Shown: one piece after another, positions 58,591 through 64,000 of the stretch
Position numbering within the stretch: the first letter of the stretch is position 1
Layout: each line of letters opens with the position of its first letter
Source: Somniosus microcephalus
Taxonomy: Eukaryota
Assembly (NCBI GenBank): GCA_052327205.1
Contig: CM126233.1
Location: forward strand, 35,898,001-35,962,000
Direction: 5' to 3'
Length of the DNA stretch: 64,000 nt
Notes under the pieces: generated by a model
Told to the model about the DNA's origin: nothing
Seen by the model: only the letters and a program-made list of their open reading frames with translations
The model's database searches: none
Program-made: the position numbers and the translations under genes

Positions 58591-61500
58591 CTGTGAAAAG
58601 TAACAGCGCGTTGCTGAAAAATAAGCACCGATTGGATATTTACAACAAGTTGAAGTTCTTTACACCTTTAACACAAAGTGTTTCACAGAGGAGAGACAGA
58701 CAGCAATGGTGGCCACTCTTCTTCTCTTAGGCAGTCCCTCGGAACTGAGGATGACTTGCTTCCACATTAAAAATGAGTTCGCAGGTGACTGATGAGTCCA
58801 ATGTGGGACCTACAGTCTCTGTCACAGGTGGGGCAGACGGTGGTTGAAGGGGCGGGTGGGAGGGGTGCTTGGGTTGACGTGCGCTCCTTGTGCTGCCTGC
58901 GCTTGGCTTCCGCTTGCTCCCAGCGAAGAGACTCGAGGTGTTCGGCGCCTTCCCGGATGCTTCTCCTCCATTTTGTGCGGTCTTGGGCCAGGGATTCCCA
59001 GGTGTCGGTGGGGATGTTACACTTTTTCAAGGCAGCTTTGAAGGTGTCCTTGAAGTGTTTCCTCTGCCCACCTGGGGCTCTCTTGCCGTGCCGGAGTTCC
59101 GAGTAGAGCGCTTGTTTGGGAGTCTCGTATCGGGCATGCTCGAAATGGTAGGTGTCGAGGATGCTTTTAAAGGTGGGAGAAGTAGAAAGGTGGAGGGGGT
59201 TTAGAGAGTAGGGTTGAGACAGCCGATAGCTGTCTCCAACGGGAGAATGGGAGGGGGTAAGGAAAGATGTGTTTTGGACCAAATTTACCATCGGATGCCA
59301 TCAACGGTGTTTTAAAAAACACTCACCACCTACAGGAATGTCAAATCTGCTCCGTGTCAACACCCACTCAGCATTTTACCCAGTGAACGAGACTCTTATT
59401 TTTAAAATCCTTTTTCCAATTTTCTCTCTCTCCCCCTCCTGAAGGCGCTGCTGTCCATTTCCATCGGTGGTCGTTTCTCACGCGCGGGTCTGTACAGCGA
59501 ATTTCGGCAGGGTATTTAATCTTGGGGCATTTATTCGAGCCAAGCCTAATCCTGCCGAAAAGGGTCAGTGGAGATGAAACAGGAGCTGGAACCCTGGCTG
59601 GTACTTTTCTCCCCTGGCTCAAATGGCCGGTAATCCCAACGGTAACATCCAGCTGACCCGGTTGGGATCAACTAACCGGCAAAAGCCAAGAATCAAACTG
59701 GGCCATCAGGGCTTTATGCCTTTTTTTTTAAAGCACTAGGCCATCAGGGCAGCTAATTATAGCTAGTTTATGCAGAAATGTTATCGGCGTGTTTCAGATG
59801 GGGAATGACTGTGGGATGGCTAGCTTGCTCCCCGATAAGGGGTAGGCCATTTAGGACAGAGATGAGGAGGAATTTCTTCACCCAGAGAGTGGTGAACCTG
59901 TGGAATTCTCTACCACAGAAGGCAGTAGAGGCCAATTCATTAAATATATTCAAGAAGGAGTTGGATATATTTCTTAATGCTAAAGGGATCAAGGGATATG
60001 GGGAGAAGGCAGGGACAGGGTACTGAGTTTGGATGATCAGCCATGATTTCATTAAATGGCAGAACAGGCTCGAGGGGCCGAATGGCCTACTCCTGCTCCT
60101 ATCTTCTATGTTTCTATGCTCCAGTCAAAGCTCCACAAGCCCGTTTGCCAGTCCTTGTCCAATATGTAACGTGTATGTCACTGCTGCTGAGATCAGGGCA
60201 GGACCATGTTTCAAGAGATTAAAATGATCCCGGACAAATACCAGAAAAGTCACGAGTACAGAAAAATATACTTAACTTCAATCAGATAACATCTGGAGTA
60301 ATGAGGGACTGAAATAATGGTTTGAAAAGTAAAGCAGAACTGATTTTAAAGATAATAAAGTGGGAATTAAGTGAATGGGAAGTTTTATTCAATGATCAGG
60401 GTTATTTTCACAAAATCTAGTTACTACTACCCAAGTTCAAACATTATTCGAAACTTTAATATGCAAGACAACTTGCATTTATATAGCACATTTAATGTAG
60501 TAAAACTGCTCAAGGTGCTTCACAGGAGCAGAATCAGAGAACAATTACACCGAACCACTTAAGGAGATATTAGGGCAGGTGATCAAAAGCTTAGTTTTAA
60601 GGAGCGTCTTAAAGGAGGAGAGAGAGGCGGAGAGGTTTAGGGAGGGAATTCTGGAGCTTAGGGCTCAGGCCGCTGAAGGCACGGCCGCCAATGGTGGAGC
60701 GATGGAAACCGGGGATCAGTAAGAGTTAACCGGCAGAGTTCTCAGAGGGTTGTAGGGCTGGAGGAGGTTACAGAGATAGGGGCAGGTTCATGGAGGGGTT
60801 TGAACGCAAGGATGAGAATTTTAAAATCGAGGGGATGGTGGACCGGGAAACCAAAGCAGGTCAGCAGAGGGATGAATGGTGAACGGGGCCTTGGTGAGGG
60901 TTAGAACACAGTTAGAGTTTTTGGATGAGCTCCAGTTTATAGAATGTTAAAAATGGAAGATCACCCAAGAGTGATAATGGATTCTGGAGGTAAAAAGCAT
61001 GGATAAGGGTTTCAACAGTTGATAAGCTGAGGCAGGGGCGAAGATGGGCGATGTTACGTAGGTGGGAGTAGACGGTCTCTGTGATGGAGAGGATATGGGG
61101 TCGGAGGCTCTGCTCAGAGTCAAATAGGATGCGAGGTTGCGAACAGTCTGGTTCAGCCCGAGACAGTGGCCAGGAAGTGGGGTGGAATCGGTGCGAGGGA
61201 ATGGAGTTTGTGGGGAAAAGGGGGGTGTTGCTGGAGATGATGACTTTGATCTTCCCAATGTTTAATTGGGAGGAAATTGCAGCTCAACCAGGACTGGAAG
61301 TCGGATAAGCAGCCTGACACCACAGAAGCAATGGAGGGGTGGAGAGAGAGAGAGAGGTGATGGTGAGGTAGAGCTGAGTGCGGTCAGTGTGCATGTGGAA
61401 CCCAACGTCATGTTTTCGGATGATTTCACGGAGGGGCAGCATATAGATGAGAAATAGGAGGGAGTCAAGGATAGATCCTTGGGAGACTTCAGAGGGAACA

Positions 61501-63034
61501 ATGCGGGGGTGGGAAGAGAAGCCGTCGAAGATTATTCTCTGGCGACAACTGGATCGAAAAGAATGGAATCAAGCATGTGAAGATTCAATTTGAAATGGAA
61601 GTCTGAAATCCAACAGAACTGTAAAAATACACGGTTTAGTAGTAAAAAGCAGTAATGCAGCATCGACAGGAAACTCTCGATTTACCGGCACCTAAATAAC
61701 CGGAAATCTCTGTTAACCGGCAAAATTCAGGAGTAGGTTCAGGTCAGTTTTACTTCATATTAGTGGCAGTTCCTGGATCTGTGGCTGTGTAACCGGGGTT
61801 CCTACACTTGTTGCTAAGCAACAGGGACGCTTGGTCTGTGGCCGGAGTTCCTGCACATGTTGCTAAGCAACAGGGAAGCCTGGATTTGTTGCTGTGTACG
61901 GAGCTCTCGTACCTTTTAAACTATACCTCTCTGTAATCCGGACTTTTTGATAAACCGGCACCACGCCGGTCCCGTTGGTGCCGGATAATAAAGAGTGTCT
62001 TGTAGCTTTGGACACTACAGATTTTTATTAGCAGTCATTCAAGTACTTCACCGAGAGAGTACCGAGGGCATCCATACACTTTTGTGGAGACTAGGTGGTG
62101 CAGTGACTAAGTGGTGCAGTAAGTTAGACACTAGTTTTTTCCCCTTTCTGGGACTTGGGCTCAAATTCAGTAAACGAATGAGATGCAGCACAGAGTGCCC
62201 TGAATTTCCACTAAACTGACCATCTCACTGAGAGGAGCCACAGGGTGGCTGGTGTGCGAAATGGAACAAGTGTCACACTGGTGCAGCAGACATGCTTTTT
62301 TGACACCAAGGCCAGTGCACATTGCTGGGGAATAATAGCAGGGAGCTTTACTCTGTATTTACCCGAGTGCTTAATACTGACTCTCGGTGTCTGAAATGAA
62401 AAGAGTAACATCTACAACCTTCGAGGTGACAGGGCATACGACACCAGGAAACTCTGTGGACCCGCACCCATTATGAACAGGGTTGAGGTTGCTCAAAGTA
62501 ATTTTGCATCAGCTGGTTAAAGGAAGGAGCGAGAGATGAAACTGTCACCCCATCTGAAATAAAAACATGAAACGCTGGAAATACTCAGCGGGTCAGGCAG
62601 CATCTGTGGAGAGAGAAACAGAGCTAACGTTTCAGGTCGATGGCCCTTCGTCAGAACAGAACAGGGAAGGTCATCGACCTGAAACGTTAACTGTGTTTCT
62701 CTCTCCACAGATGCTGCCTGACCTGCTGAGTATTTCCAGCATTTTCTGCTTTTATTTCAGATTTCCAGCAACTGTAGCATTTAAAAAAAAAAAAAATGTC
62801 ACCCCATCTGTCTGGCTGTGTTCAAATAGAGGTGAAAACACAGTGTTTTAACCCACATGGGTACCACAATGGTCCCTTAGGATTAGATCCAAAAAACACA
62901 TTCACGAGTGACTAGATTCAAACCAACAACTTTAATGCAATGGATCTTTTAACGACTATATATATATTGAGCTCACAATCCAGAACACGGCTCGGTTATA
63001 CAACAGCATATACATCATTAAAAATAAACCTTAC

Positions 63035-63188
63035 CGTCCTGAGCCCCAGGAATACACCGTCCAATCAAAGCTCAGCAGGAGAGCATGCTCAGTCCCAAGT
63101 GCCAGCTTTCTTGCACAAAGCAGTGGTGACAATGGTTTGTAAAATGGAAGAGATGTTGTAACGTAGCCACCAGGGACCAGTGGAAGTG
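63035..63188 (-). CDS. RCCD1: RCCD1 internal exon, copy 2
   Basis: Duplicate of 28375-28528; splice sites intact. Confidence 0.9.
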
Positions 63189-64000
63189 CTGTGAGGATGA
63201 AAAAGAGAGAAAGTATGTGTTTTCCCTCTGCTATTCCCCAGTAATGAAAGGAATTACACAACGGAGTCATATAGAGCAGACGACCCAAGGTTTGATTCAC
63301 GGTCCGTGCCGAGTTAACTAATTTATCTGGACAAACAACAGGGTGCTTTGCGGAACACCTCCGTTCAGTCCGTAAGGGTGACCCTGAGCTTCCGGTCGCC
63401 TGTCACTTTAATTCTCCGCTTCACTCCCACTCTGATCTCTCTGTCCTCGGCCTATTACATTGTTCCAATGAAGCTCAACGTAAGCTTGAGGAACAGCACC
63501 TCATCTTTCGATTAGGCACTTTACAGCCTTCTGGACTCAAAATTGAGTTAAACAATTTCAGACCATAACCCCTGCCCCCATTTTTCAGGCAGTTTATGAT
63601 TTTGCCATTCCCATTTGCAACATTTCATTCTCTCCTGCCTCTACCCTAGCACAGAATGTTCCTTCCTCCCCCCCCCCACCCTGTCTCTGCACCTGCTTAA
63701 TACCTGTTACATCTCCAGCCTTTTCCAGTTCTGACGAAGGGCCCCAGACCTGAAACGTTAACTCGGTTTCTCTCTCCACGGATGCTGCCTGGCCTGCTGA
63801 GTTTTATTTCAGATTTCCAGCATCTGCAGTATTTTGCTATTGTGACAGGGCGCTCCCGATGGCCTTCGTGCCCCCGAGAGCAGTAACGCAGCCCAATTTC
63901 CCACTACTATGCAGCAATTCCAACTCTCAACACACAATAACACTGCACACACACAGATCTGTCAGCATCTGTAAGACAACGTTAAGGTACTGGATGTGGA

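Larger units (their letters stand above)
29916..64000. repeat. Tandem segmental-duplication unit 2 (runs off the window; longer because of a Gypsy insertion and VNTR expansions)
   Basis: The offset to unit 1 grows from 29746 to ~34660 across the Gypsy element and satellites. Otherwise only scattered SNPs and small indels. Confidence 0.95.

Overview
This is vertebrate genomic DNA, most likely from a cartilaginous fish given the shark-type CR1, L2, RTE, Penelope and DeuSINE repeats. The window is a tandem segmental duplication. One complete 29,746-bp unit (170-29915) is followed by a near-identical unit (29916 to beyond 64000). Positions 1-169 are the tail of a third unit. Each unit carries two complete U3 snoRNA genes with Pol II snRNA-type promoters (octamer, PSE, 3' box) inside an older ~6.2-kb sub-repeat, plus a third orphan U3 promoter. 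Each unit also carries six 3' coding exons of RCCD1 on the minus strand; the first copy lacks recognisable 5' exons. Other shared content is a purine-rich G-tract minisatellite and many TE fragments. Only the second unit has a very young, intact Gypsy LTR retrotransposon (40258-44608; single 1276-aa gag-pol ORF; 5-bp TSD). It has a YLDN RT motif and no tRNA primer-binding site. Instead, a 13-nt sequence next to the 5' LTR is complementary to the LTR itself, suggesting self-priming and/or poly(A)-signal occlusion. Family assignments come from recalled motifs, not database searches.
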